64,000 nucleotides of DNA from an uncultured Verrucomicrobiae bacterium (GCA_963834385.1 CAWIBO010000003.1:392983-456982); one strand, 5' to 3'; shown: positions 21,681 through 31,712, counted from the stretch's first letter. Numbers and translations are program-made. Notes: generated from the letters alone by a model not told the origin.

Positions 21681-21828
21681 ACCGCCGCACCAGCCAGATC
21701 AGGCCGAGAATAATCGCGGCAATCCAGAGCAGATGAAGCGCGAGCGAGGTCAGGGCCAGGACCACCCGGGCCACGATCCAGATCACGACGAGGACCACGG
21801 CCAGCCAGATCAAGGTGTGCGGGTTCAT
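21670..21828 (-). CDS. Small two-TM membrane protein (52 aa), below the ORF-track cutoff
   Basis: My own translation gives MNPHTLIWLAVVLVVIWIVARVVLALTSLALHLLWIAAIILGLIWLVRRFMG*. It has two hydrophobic helices and a basic end. Confidence 0.4.
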   Translation of the reverse strand: MNPHTLIWLAVVLVVIWIVARVVLALTSLALHLLWIAAIILGLIWLVRRFMG

Positions 21829-21858
21829 CCCTTCTTCTCGCAAAACCGCGGCAGGGCG

Positions 21859-23017
21859 TCAATTTTCGGGCTGGTCCGCCCGGCGCACCACTTCCACGAA
21901 ACGCGCCAGGCGTTCGTCGTTCCCGGCGCGCGCCGGCAGCCAGGCGAGGAGATCAGCCAGCGCGCCCGGCTCCATCGGCTCTTCCGCGCGCAGGAGAAGA
22001 CCGAAGCGCGCCGCGGCCGCGGCCAGCCGCAGATCGGCGGAGGCCTTGTCGAACTCCGGTCCGGGGCCCGCCAGCGCCTGTTCCATCGAGGCGACGAGTC
22101 CGCGGGCCGTGCGGTAGCTCAGATGAAATTGCAAGAGCGGCCCGGTTGCGGCGGTGGCGCCGCGGAGCGGCCGGATCTGATAAAGCACGGTCAGCCGGAA
22201 GCCGGCAGGAACCGTGGGTGCTTCCCCCGGCCCCTCGTCCCGATCGTAACCGAGCAGGCGATACGATTCCACCTGTGCCGGATTGAACCGGACCTCGGCC
22301 GCCACCACCGGAAGCGCCGGCGCGGATTCACCGGTCTTGAGCGCAACGCGCACCAGCTGGTCGCCCGGTTCCCACGGACAATGCGCCGCTTCAAGAATCA
22401 GCCCAAGCGGCTGATCCGGCTCCGGCTCCGGGTAGTCGTAGGCGAAGTAATTGATCAACCCCTCGACCGCGATCTCTGCCGCCGCCGGGCGGCGCCCGGC
22501 CAGGATCTCGTTCTCGATGCGGGCGAAAGCTTCCGGCACTGGGCGGAGAGGAAGCGCGGCGACCGGAGCCTTGCGTGTGGAAACGAATCCGCGCTGAGCA
22601 GCCGACCCGGGAGCTGGTTCCTCCATGGTCGCATCGACGATAAACGATTCCTCCGCGGCTGGGGGTGGCGGAGCGGGCGGGTTGGTTGCCAGATCGGGGG
22701 AATCTGATTGGAGAATCGACGACGCCGGCCACCACCGCGGCGGCGATGACCGCGGCCGCGACCGCCGAAACAGGCCAGAACGAGTCGCGCCAGAAAACGC
22801 GCCCGTAAGGGTCGGGCAAAATCGAGTGGTCCGCGGTCGTGTCGGGCTGGTCCGCCTGGGCGAACGATTTCTCCACCTGCCGGGCCAGAGCGCGGATTTC
22901 GTTCACATAAGCCTGCGCCTCGGGCGAGGCCGCGACCCGGGCGGCCATGCGGGCACGTTCGGGCTCCGGCAGTTCACCCAGGGCGAAGGCGGTCAGGTTG
23001 GGATCGTCGAGGTTCAT
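21859..23017 (-). pseudogene. Anti-sigma factor with a YfbK-type N motif joined directly to a DUF3520-like C-terminus; one frameshift at about 22700-22740
   Basis: The ATG at 23017 overlaps the sigma factor stop (ATGA). MNLDDPNLTAFALGELPEPE is a zf-HC2-less anti-sigma N-terminus, followed by the TM segment SAVAAAVIAAAVVAGVV. The second frame continues with LINYFAYDYPEP...CPWEP...VRFNPAQVESYRLLGY. Confidence 0.6.
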
Positions 23018-23574
23018 GAATTTTTGCGGGGTTCGAAGTCGAGAAAATCGCGCGCGGTTTTTTCGTGCAGCTGGCGGAGGCGGCGCAGGGCGTTGTGGAT
23101 GATGACGCCGACATTGGAAACGGAGAGGCGAGTGACCTCCGCGATCTCGGCGTAGCTGAGGCCGCCCTGAAATTTGAGCTGCAGAATTTCCTGCTGGCGC
23201 AGCGGCAGGGTGGCGATAATGCGCTGGAGGAACTCCGATGCTTCGCGTTTCTCGAGTTGCGCGGAGGGGGACGGATCGGCCGCGGCCCGGTCTTCGACCA
23301 CGTTGTCCTCGAGGAAAAGGAGCCGGCGTTCCTTGCGGCAGACGTTCAGGGCCCGGTTCCGGCAGACGGTGAAAAGCCATTTCACCGGGTGCGAATCGGT
23401 TTCGCGGCGGTCGGAACGTTCCAGCTCGAGGAAAGTTTCCTGGACCACGTCGCGGGCCCGTTCCTGGTCCCCCAGGATGCGGGCGGCATATTGCCGCAAC
23501 GGTCCTTCAAACCGTTGCATCAGGGCCGCAAGATCGTGGTCAGGCTGCGCGCTCATCGTGATGGCGAGCGGCAT
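23014..23574 (-). CDS. ECF-type RNA polymerase sigma-70 factor
   Basis: 186 aa. Region 2 is DVVQETFLEL...WLFTVCRNRALNVCRKE. Region 4 is LPLRQQEILQLKFQGGLSYAEIAEVTRLSVSNVGVIIHNALRRL. Confidence 0.85.
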   Translation of the reverse strand: MPLAITMSAQPDHDLAALMQRFEGPLRQYAARILGDQERARDVVQETFLELERSDRRETDSHPVKWLFTVCRNRALNVCRKERRLLFLEDNVVEDRAAADPSPSAQLEKREASEFLQRIIATLPLRQQEILQLKFQGGLSYAEIAEVTRLSVSNVGVIIHNALRRLRQLHEKTARDFLDFEPRKNS

Positions 23575-23621
23575 GCTAGCCGCTCGCCCGCCCGATGCCA
23601 GCCTCGCCCGGCCGCTCCTGC

Positions 23622-24235
23622 TCAGAAAACCACTCCCGAGAGGGTGAACGTCACCGGGGTGGCGACGCGGGAAACTGTTCCCGGCTGGAAACGCCAGCGG
23701 CGAAAGGTAGTCAGCACCGCCTGGTCGAGGAGCGCGCTGCCGGTTGATTGCGCCATGGTTACCTCGATCACCCGGCCGCTGCGCACGTCCACCCGGAGCA
23801 GCGCCACACCGGAGCCGGTCACGTTCGCGCGCCGGGCGGCATACGGGTATTGCGGACGTGGGGCGTGCGTGGCCAGGACGCGCGGATTTCCGGTATAAGA
23901 GGTGGGTGGGCCGGTCGCCGGACGGGAGATCGGCGCGGGGCGCAACGGGCGTATCACCGGCGGCGGAGTGGAGGGGGGCTCGATAAACTCGGGCTCCTCC
24001 ACCTGGCGCGGCGGTTCCGGCACGGGCAATTCCTCGAGCGCTGGTGCCGGCAGGACCGGGTCATCGGAGGTCGTCAGGTCACAAACGATCTCGGGAAAGT
24101 CGCCGGCGGACCGGCCACGACCGTCTCACCGGACCCGGCCAGGCCCACGGCCGCGGCGTGCAAAAGAAGGGCGCCGACAAACGCGAGCAGGATGGGGGTT
24201 CGTCGCGGAGAAGCTGGGAGCCAGAGTGTATGCAT
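23622..24235 (-). pseudogene. tonB: Energy transducer TonB, one frameshift at about 24095-24115
   Basis: The N-terminal anchor MHTLWLPASPRRTPILLAFVGALLLHAAAV is in one frame. The Pro-rich linker (PVPEPPRQVEEPEFIEPPSTPPPV) and the TonB C-domain (PQYPYAARRANVTGSGVALLRVDVRSGRVIEV) are in another. Confidence 0.7.
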
Positions 24236-24436
24236 GGTGGAGTTTCCTTCTGCGGAGAGAGACACGCGTCCCGGGAAAGAATTACGGATTCTTTCGTGAA
24301 AGAATGAAGGAGTCGGCCGGGGCGGCGGAGAAAAGGCTTGCCCGGCTTTGACCCGCTCCCAAGACTGCCAAAGCCATGATTGTGAAACGCCTGCTCAAGT
24401 GGTCCGCTCTTTCTGCTCCTGGTCATCCTGCTGCTC

Positions 24437-25486
24437 GTGACCGGTCTGGTGGTCTTCGCTTACTGGCGCTCGGACAATGATTGTGCGGCGCTCACGGCCG
24501 CTCCCTCCGGCGAAACGATGAAGGCGATCATCCTCTGCGATTACGGCGGCCCGGAAGGTTTGAAACTGGAAACGATCGCGAAGCCGGTGCCCAAGGACGA
24601 CGGGGTGCTGGTGCGGGTGCGCGCCGCCGGGGTGAATCCCTACGACTGGCATTTGATGCGCGGCGAACCGTTCCTCATGCGGATGGACTTCGGTTTGCGT
24701 AAACCGCGCGGCATGCGCCTGGGCGTTGACTTCGCCGGGACGGTGGAGGCGGTCGGGAAGAATGTCACCGGCTTCAAGCCAGGCGACGAGGTTTTCGGCG
24801 GCAAGGTGGGCGCGTTTGCCGAATACGTGGCGGTTTCCGAGAGGTCGCTCGTCCTGAAACCGGCCAACGTCAGCCTGGCGCAGGCGGGCGCGGTGCACAT
24901 CGCCGGCTTGACCGCGCTCCAGGGGCTGCGCGACCAGGGCCGGCTGAAGGCCGGCGAGAAGGTGCTGATCAATGGCGCCTCCGGAGGCGTGGGAACTTTC
25001 GCCGTGCAGATCGCCAAAACGCTGGGCGCCGAGGTCACGGGTGTGTGCAGCACGCGCAACGTCGAGATGGTCAAGTCACTGGGGGCGGACCACGTGATCG
25101 ACTACAAGAACGAGGATTTCACCAAGGGAACGGAACGCTACGACCTCATCCTCGATATGGTGGGCAACCGCAGCCTGAATGAATGCCGCGGTGTGCTGAA
25201 ACCGGAGGGCCGCTACGTCATGGTCGGCGGTCAAAGCGGACGCTGGATCGCGCCGATGGACCGGGCCCTGCGCGCCACGATTCTTTCCCTCTTCGTGGAC
25301 CAGGAAATGGGGATGATGCTTTCCGAGGCGAAGAAGGAGGACCTGGCCACGCTGCGCGACCTCATGGAGTCAGGCAAGGTCACGCCGGTAATCGACCGGC
25401 GTTATGCGCTGGCGGAGGTTCCCGAGGCGATCCGATATCTCGAGGAAGGCCACGCCCGGGGCAAGGTGGTCATCGACGTCGAGTAG
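24437..25486 (+). CDS. Zinc-type/MDR NAD(P)-dependent oxidoreductase (quinone oxidoreductase-like)
   Basis: The core starts at MKAIILCDYGGPEGLKLE (ATG 24518) and includes NGASGGVGTFAVQIAK, a Rossmann motif. A hydrophobic N-terminal anchor lies in-frame upstream, and an ATG at 24376 sits one frame off (see findings). Confidence 0.85.
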   Translation: MTGLVVFAYWRSDNDCAALTAAPSGETMKAIILCDYGGPEGLKLETIAKPVPKDDGVLVRVRAAGVNPYDWHLMRGEPFLMRMDFGLRKPRGMRLGVDFAGTVEAVGKNVTGFKPGDEVFGGKVGAFAEYVAVSERSLVLKPANVSLAQAGAVHIAGLTALQGLRDQGRLKAGEKVLINGASGGVGTFAVQIAKTLGAEVTGVCSTRNVEMVKSLGADHVIDYKNEDFTKGTERYDLILDMVGNRSLNECRGVLKPEGRYVMVGGQSGRWIAPMDRALRATILSLFVDQEMGMMLSEAKKEDLATLRDLMESGKVTPVIDRRYALAEVPEAIRYLEEGHARGKVVIDVE

Positions 25487-25571
25487 AACAAAGCGTCGGC
25501 CTCCGTAGAACCGCGGCGTTCGATTAACGACTCGTTCGAGGCCGTCGCGTGGGCGGCCTGGTCGCCATCTC

Positions 25572-26123
25572 CTACCCGCCCCCGCCCTGTTCGAGCTCTT
25601 TCAACTCCCTTTCCAGGCGCTGGCGTTCGCGTTCCATCTCAAGGATCCGCCGGTTTTCCTCCTCGATCTTCGCGTTCTCCCGGGCCACCTCTGCCGCCGC
25701 CGCTTCTCTCTGCTTCGCGGCGGTGTCCGCAGCGGTGTTCGTGGTGGTCGGTTCCGCGACGGTAGGTTCGACGGCGGCTGCGGTGGCCTCCGGTTTCGCT
25801 ATTGTCTCCGGCTTCGCGGTGGTCCTCTTTGCCGGGGCCGTTTTCGCGGCGGCTTTCGCGCGGTCGGTTCGGGCTTTCACCTCCGCAATCCTCGCCTTTA
25901 AGCGCGCGGCGGCTTTGCCCTGGCGGGCTTCCTGCCTTTGCGTTTTTTCCGCCTGCCGCTCACCCGCCTTCTCCGCCCTGGCCTGTCGTTTGGCGGCCTT
26001 GGTCTGGCGGACGTTCTCCGCGGCTTCGTTATCCGGGAGTTGCGCCGGGAGACGGTCCACGGCCAGGAGTCCGGCGAGCGCGATGAACGCGGCCAGCATT
26101 CGGGTGCGGGGGAATGTTCTCAT
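25572..26123 (-). CDS. Secreted Lys/Ala/Glu-rich coiled-coil protein
   Basis: The internal ATG at 26123 gives the signal-like MRTFPRTRMLAAFIALAGLLAV. The rest is low-complexity AKxxA/E-rich helix. Confidence 0.5.
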   Translation of the reverse strand: MRTFPRTRMLAAFIALAGLLAVDRLPAQLPDNEAAENVRQTKAAKRQARAEKAGERQAEKTQRQEARQGKAAARLKARIAEVKARTDRAKAAAKTAPAKRTTAKPETIAKPEATAAAVEPTVAEPTTTNTAADTAAKQREAAAAEVARENAKIEEENRRILEMERERQRLERELKELEQGGGG

Positions 26124-26175
26124 TCTCCCAGTTTGAGCCCCGGGCCGCGGTCCGGCCAGACCAAAGCGGCCGGTC

Positions 26176-27024
26176 TCAGCCTTTGCCGCCGGTCGTGGCG
26201 ATGCCCTCGACAAACGCGCGTTGAGCGAGAAAGAACAGGACCATGACCGGCAGGACCACGAGGGTGGAGGCGGCCATCAGGTGATGCCACGGGGTGCCGC
26301 CGAGCTGGCTTTGAAAGCTTTGCAGGCCGAGTGCGAGGGTGAACTGTTTTTGCTCGGTCAGAAAGATGAGGGGCCCGAGAAAATCGTTCCAGGTGGCCAT
26401 GAACTGGAAGAGCGCGACGACGAGCAGGGCCGGCTTTGAGAGCGGCAGGATGATGCGCCAGAAAATCTGGAACTCGCTGCAGCCATCGAGCCGCGCCGCT
26501 TCCGACATGTCCCGCGGGAGGGTGAGGAAAAACTGGCGCAGGAGAAAGACGTTGAAAGCGCCGGCGAGAAACGAGGGAACCCAGAGCGGCGCGAACGTTC
26601 CGATCAGGCCGGCCGCCTTGAAGAGGCCGTAGATCGGCACCATCACGACCGGGAAGGGGATCATCATGGTGGCGAGCAGGACCAGGAAGACCTTGTCGCG
26701 ACCCGGCCAGTCGATGCGCGAGAAACCGTAGGCGGCGAGCGAGCTGCTCGCGACTGTGCCGACGACCGTGAGCAGGCAGAGGAAGACGGTGTTCCCGGTG
26801 TAGCGCCAGAAATAGCCCATCGCCTCGATCGCGTCCGGGTAGTTGCGCCACTGGAACGTGCTCGGAATCCACTCGGGCGGCAGGGACATGGTCTCGGGCA
26901 ACGGTTTGAGCGAGGTGGAGATCATCCAGGCAAACGGGGCCAGGAAGGCGACGCCTGCGAGGATGAGCACGGCCAGGACGAGGAGGTTGCGGACGCGCCG
27001 GGCGCTGGTGTTTCGCATCGTCAT
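26176..27024 (-). CDS. Carbohydrate ABC transporter permease (MalG-like), intact
   Basis: 282 aa starting MTMRNTSARRVRNLLVL, with the EAA loop SEAARLDGCSEFQIFWRIILPLSKPAL. The start overlaps the upstream stop (ATGA). Confidence 0.85.
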   Translation of the reverse strand: MTMRNTSARRVRNLLVLAVLILAGVAFLAPFAWMISTSLKPLPETMSLPPEWIPSTFQWRNYPDAIEAMGYFWRYTGNTVFLCLLTVVGTVASSSLAAYGFSRIDWPGRDKVFLVLLATMMIPFPVVMVPIYGLFKAAGLIGTFAPLWVPSFLAGAFNVFLLRQFFLTLPRDMSEAARLDGCSEFQIFWRIILPLSKPALLVVALFQFMATWNDFLGPLIFLTEQKQFTLALGLQSFQSQLGGTPWHHLMAASTLVVLPVMVLFFLAQRAFVEGIATTGGKG

Positions 27025-27941
27025 TTCGCGGCGTAGTAGATGTGCCGCTCGGAGAGTTTCGTGGCCGCGTAGGTCAGGCCCAGGATGAGAAGGAAGAGCA
27101 CCAGCCCGATGGCGCAGGCGTAGCCCATGTTCCAGTAATCGAAGGCGTTCTGGTAAAGATAGGTCGCCATGAAAAGGAGCGAACGCTCCGGGCCGTCGCC
27201 GCCGCCGGTCATGACGTAAGGCACGGCAAAGACCTGGAACGACCCGATCAGGCCCATGATGGTGTTGAAATAGATGACCGGGGAAAGGATCGGCACGGTG
27301 ATGTGCCGGGTCTTGTGCCAGAAATTGGCGCCGTCGATCTCGGCGGACTCGTAAAGATGCCGCGGCACGCTCCTGGAGACCGGCGAGATAGATGACCACG
27401 GCGTGGCCGATGCCCCAAAGGCTCGTGAAAATGATGCCCCACTTCGCGTAACGCGCTTCCATGAGCCAGTTGGGCGGGGTCGAGTTCCGTCCCGAGGAGT
27501 GCGTTGATCCCGCGGAAGAACGGCAGGAGCGCGTTGTTGATCAGCCCGAGTTCGCCGTTGAGCATCCATTGCCAGAGGACCGCGAGGCAGACCATCGGCA
27601 CGAGCGACGGCAGAAAGAAAATCGTCCGGAGAAGGCCGCGCGCGGGGATGTCGAAATTGAGGAGGATGGCCAGGGAGAGCGACATCACCAGTCCGAGCGG
27701 AATGGCAAAAGCGGCGAAGAAAAGCGTGTTGTAGAGCGCTTTCCAGAAGACGGCGTCGGTGAACAGATCGATGTAGTTTTGCGTGCCGACGAAAACGGCG
27801 GGCGAGAGCACGGAATAATCGCAGAGCGAGAAATAGAGGCTGCTCAGGAGCGGATAAACGCACAGGGCCAGGAACCCGAGGATCCACGGGACTGATGAAG
27901 AGCAGCCCGAGCCGGAGGTTGCGTCGTTCCTCCCGGGTCAT
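27021..27941 (-). pseudogene. Carbohydrate ABC transporter permease (MalF-like), 3 frameshifts (about 27890, 27476, 27372)
   Basis: The protein is reassembled from four frame segments: MTREERRNLRLGLLFISP / WILGFLALCVYPLLSSLYFSL...GTELDP / PNWLMEARYAKWGIIFTSLWGIGHAVVIYLAGLQ / VPRHLYESAEIDGANFWHKTRHITVPIL... Confidence 0.75.
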
Positions 27942-29295
27942 GGCTGTTCCTCCCGCCATTCCTCGGTCAGCTTGTGCGACACGCGCTCCCAGCGGTTCCG
28001 GCGATGGTCGAAGACCGCCTGCTACATGCTCCTGCACGTCGTGCAGAGCCACCGCCGCGTCGGTCTTGCCCGACCAGATCCGGCCGACGGCGTTGCGCAT
28101 GTCGTTGCGGTAAATCGATCCAGATGGTCATCTGCGGGGACAAAGCGCGTTCGGGCTTTTGGCCAGCTCGAGGAATTCGCCGATGTAGGGATTGGGATGG
28201 CGCTGGAAAAACTCGGGGCTGACCTCGCGCAGCGGCGTGAACTTGCGCTGGCCCAGGCAGAGTTTTTCCATCGGCTTCTGCTGGTTGACGTAGCGGATGA
28301 ATTCGAAGGCTTCTCGCGGATGACGGGCCCCCGCCGGAATGACGAGCAGATCGGCTTCGACCATGGTCACGGGCGGACTTGCTCCGGATCTGGGCCTGCG
28401 GAAATGCGGCCACGCCCCATTCGAAATCCGGCGGCGCGTAATTCTTGATGAAATTGTAGATCCAGGCGCCCTGCAGCACCATGGCGACTCGACCGGAAAA
28501 AAACGGATTCTGCGGAGAAGCGAAATTGCCGAAACTGTCGCGGAACGCGAGCAGGTCACGCGCGCCGAAGCGTTCGGGATAGGACTCGATCCAGCGGTAG
28601 GCCGCGATGTTTTCCGGCGAGGCTGCCGTGATTCGTTCCCTGGCCGTCCCAAAGCCGGCCGCCGAACCACCAGCCCCAGATGTCGCTGCACCAGTCGGGC
28701 TCGGCCGGGAGATGGCCGATGGCCTCAAGGCGGCCGTCCGGCCGGCGCTTGACCAGCTTCTCATTGAACTCCTCCAGCTCGGCGATCGAGCGCGGCGGCT
28801 GTTCCGGATCGAGCCCGGCTTCGCGGAAAAGTTTCTTGTTCCAGACCAGGGCGAGCGCGCCCGGCGTGCTCGGGAGAGCCCAGAGATGGTCGCGATGGGA
28901 GCACAGGTTCCAGAAGACGTCGATGTATTGTTCGGCCGAGACGCCGCCTTCCGCCGCCAGCCGGTCGAGCGGCGTAAGCGCGTTGTTCTCCGCGTAAACC
29001 GCCACCATGCGTGACCAGATCCCGGCCACGTCCGGCGGTACGCCGCCCGCCGTGGCGAGCATCAGGCTTGCGGTCGAGTCTGGCTGACGCTCGAGTAATC
29101 GACAAAGATGCGGTCCTGCGCGGCGTTGAAGTCGTCCACCACCGCGCGCATCGCGTCGGCCTCGAAGCCGGTCCATTTTTCCCAGTATTTGATGATCACG
29201 CGGCCTTCGCGCTGGCCCGTGCCCGCCGGGGTGCACGCGCCCAGAAAGGCGCCGAGCAGGAGCACCAGACCGCAACCGTGGCGGACGGCCGTCAC
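27938..29295 (-). pseudogene. ABC transporter extracellular sugar-binding lipoprotein, at least 6 frameshifts
   Basis: The GTG at 29295 overlaps the GH31 stop (GTGA). There is a lipobox LLLGAFLGAC. Conserved SBP segments switch frame near 29080, 28655, 28385, 28142, 28110 and 28025. The stop at 27938 overlaps the permease ATG. Confidence 0.7.
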
Positions 29296-31712
29296 GAAAT
29301 CACCTCGGCCTCCAGCCGAAAGTCGCGGCCGTCGTTCTCGAGCCATGCGCTTCCCTCCGCGAGCTCGAGTGCCGCGCCGTCGAGGGTAAGCCCGCGGCAG
29401 GCCGCGCCGTGCCAGCAAAGACGAAACCGTTCCCTTCGAAACTCCGGGTAGCCTTTGCCGGTCACGGTCGCGCTGAGGCTCAGCCGGTTTCCTTTCCGCT
29501 CGAGCAAAAACTCGGTGCGATAAAACGCGCCCCGATCCGCGGCGAAAGTCACGCCATCGTCCTCCTGCAGGAGCGAACGCGTGGCGCCCTCTTCTTCCGG
29601 GACGAAAAGGTGGAGCTCGATCTCGGTCGGATGAAAATCCCGGGTCGAGGGCGGCGCGCCCGGCCACAACGGAATGATCGCGCCGCCGCGCGCGTAAAGC
29701 GGAATGAATTCGAGCGGCGCCGCCGCCCGCACCGTCCGGCCGCCGTTGATCCTCTCGCCCGTGTGCCATTGGTGCCATGTGCCCGCGGGGAGATAGACCT
29801 CGCGCTCCCGAGCCTCCGACTCGCAGATCGGCGCCACCAACAGGTGGTCGCCCAGGAGATACTGGTCGTCGATGCCATGGGTGGCCGGGTCCGTTTGATA
29901 ATCGAAGAGGAGCGGTTTCTGCACCGGCTCGCCTGTTTCGGTCGCCCGGACAAAGCTCGCGTAGAGATAGGGGAGCAGCCGGTAACGCAGTTCGATCGCC
30001 TCACGGCAAAGGCGTTCGGTTTCTTCGCCGAAAGCCCACGGATATTGGTCGGCCCGCCCGGCGCAGTTGTGGTTGCGGCAAAAAGGGGTGAGGACGCCGC
30101 TTTGATACCAGCGCACGAGCAGTTCCGCGGTGGTGTCTCCCATGAAACCGCCAATATCGGCCCCGACAAAGGGCTGCCCGGAAACGCCGAGGCCGAGCGC
30201 CATCGGAATGCTCAGGCGCAGATGGTCCCAGCGGGAAACGTTGTCGCCCATCCAGTTGGCGGCGTAACGCTGGAGTCCCGGCGAGCCCGCCCTTGAGAGG
30301 ACGAAGAACCGCTGGTCCGGGCGCGCTTTTTGCAGGCCTTCCACCGTGCCCATGGCCATGAGCAGGGCATACTGATTGTGATACTGCTCGTGCGAAAAGC
30401 GGCCACGCCCGAAGCGCATGGCGTGGTCCGGCACGTCGCCCGTCGCCGGCTCGTTCATGTCGTTCCAGATGCCGGCAAGCCCGGAGCGGACATGCGCGGC
30501 ATTGAGTTCGCCCCACCAGGCCCGCGTTTCCGGCAAAAGAAAATCGGGGAAAGCGGTCCGGCCCGGCCAGACCTGCCCGATGTAGACCGCGCCGCCTTCC
30601 GTTCGGCAAAGGAGATCGCGGCGCAGAGCCTCGTCGAAAACGGCGTAGCCTTCCTCCTCTTTCACGCCCGGATCAATGATCGTGACCACGCCGAAACCCT
30701 GTTCACCGAGACGGGCCAGCATTTTTTCGGGTGTGGGAAAGCGGTCGGGATCCCAGGTGAAAACGCGGTAACCGTCCATGTGATCGATGTCGAGCCAGAG
30801 GGTGTCGCACGGAATGTTGCGGGTGCGAAAGGTCTGCCCGAGTTCCTCCACCTTCTCCTGGCTATAGGCGAACCACCGGCTTTGGTGATGGCCTAGCGCC
30901 CAGAGCGGCGGCAGCTTCATCCGGCCGGTCAGCCAGGTGTAGCCGACCAGGATGTCGCGCATCGACGGCCCGGCCATGATGTATTCGGTGTACTGGCCGC
31001 CGGTGAAATGGATGCCGTAGTGCTCCGCGCCGGCGAAATCGCAATGGCTCCGGTAACCATTATCGAAAAAAAATCCGGCGAGGTTGCACGAACCCGCGGG
31101 CCGATGATAAAAAAACGGAATCGAAATGTAGTAAGGATCGAATTCGGTGCTCGTCGGGTCGCGCGGGTCGGCCCCGTCGGTCCCTTCGCGGTAGCCGCCG
31201 CTGACCGCGGGTGCGAGCACGTCGGAGTTCCAGAGGGTGAAGGTGCGGCCACGGCGATTGAAGCTCCCCGTTTTTTCCCCGAGCCCGAAGAAAGCGTCCC
31301 CCGGATCGCAGGCGCGCCGGGTGACCCATTCGTCATTAAGGGTGCCATGGAACGCGCTTGCTCCATCGTCGCCAACGAATTCCCGGAGGATAACGGTGCC
31401 ATCGACGCGCGTCACCTCGAGCCCGAACGGGCGTTTGTGCACCGTCACGGTTAGAGCGGAGGTCCGAAGCCGGACCAGGTCGTTCTCTTCCTCGATCGTG
31501 AAAGGGGGCGGCTCGGGAAATTCCGCGCAGACGGCAAACGTCGGCTGATCGTCGAACCGGCCCTGTCGGGAAATCCGGAGGCGCACGATATCGTCGCGGA
31601 TCGCATCGATTTGCAAACGCTCGCGCAAAGGCGCCAGCGCGAGCTCGAGTCCGCGCGCGGTCCGGCGCACCTCCGTCACGCCTTCGATGAACTGGAAATG
31701 AGCGGTGTTCAT
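29292..31712 (-). CDS. Glycoside hydrolase family 31 (alpha-glucosidase/alpha-xylosidase-like), intact
   Basis: 806 aa with catalytic-region motifs TLWLDIDHMDGYRVFTWD and GIWNDMNEP. Confidence 0.9.
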   Translation of the reverse strand: MNTAHFQFIEGVTEVRRTARGLELALAPLRERLQIDAIRDDIVRLRISRQGRFDDQPTFAVCAEFPEPPPFTIEEENDLVRLRTSALTVTVHKRPFGLEVTRVDGTVILREFVGDDGASAFHGTLNDEWVTRRACDPGDAFFGLGEKTGSFNRRGRTFTLWNSDVLAPAVSGGYREGTDGADPRDPTSTEFDPYYISIPFFYHRPAGSCNLAGFFFDNGYRSHCDFAGAEHYGIHFTGGQYTEYIMAGPSMRDILVGYTWLTGRMKLPPLWALGHHQSRWFAYSQEKVEELGQTFRTRNIPCDTLWLDIDHMDGYRVFTWDPDRFPTPEKMLARLGEQGFGVVTIIDPGVKEEEGYAVFDEALRRDLLCRTEGGAVYIGQVWPGRTAFPDFLLPETRAWWGELNAAHVRSGLAGIWNDMNEPATGDVPDHAMRFGRGRFSHEQYHNQYALLMAMGTVEGLQKARPDQRFFVLSRAGSPGLQRYAANWMGDNVSRWDHLRLSIPMALGLGVSGQPFVGADIGGFMGDTTAELLVRWYQSGVLTPFCRNHNCAGRADQYPWAFGEETERLCREAIELRYRLLPYLYASFVRATETGEPVQKPLLFDYQTDPATHGIDDQYLLGDHLLVAPICESEAREREVYLPAGTWHQWHTGERINGGRTVRAAAPLEFIPLYARGGAIIPLWPGAPPSTRDFHPTEIELHLFVPEEEGATRSLLQEDDGVTFAADRGAFYRTEFLLERKGNRLSLSATVTGKGYPEFRRERFRLCWHGAACRGLTLDGAALELAEGSAWLENDGRDFRLEAEVIS

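Noticed and set aside
25549-26136. 195-aa plus-strand Ala/Ser/Phe-rich ORF.
   Set aside because: It is a mirror image of the Lys/Ala/Glu-rich minus-strand gene. The minus-strand product has a signal peptide and a sensible start, so I preferred the minus strand. Both are low-complexity, so confidence in the locus is modest.
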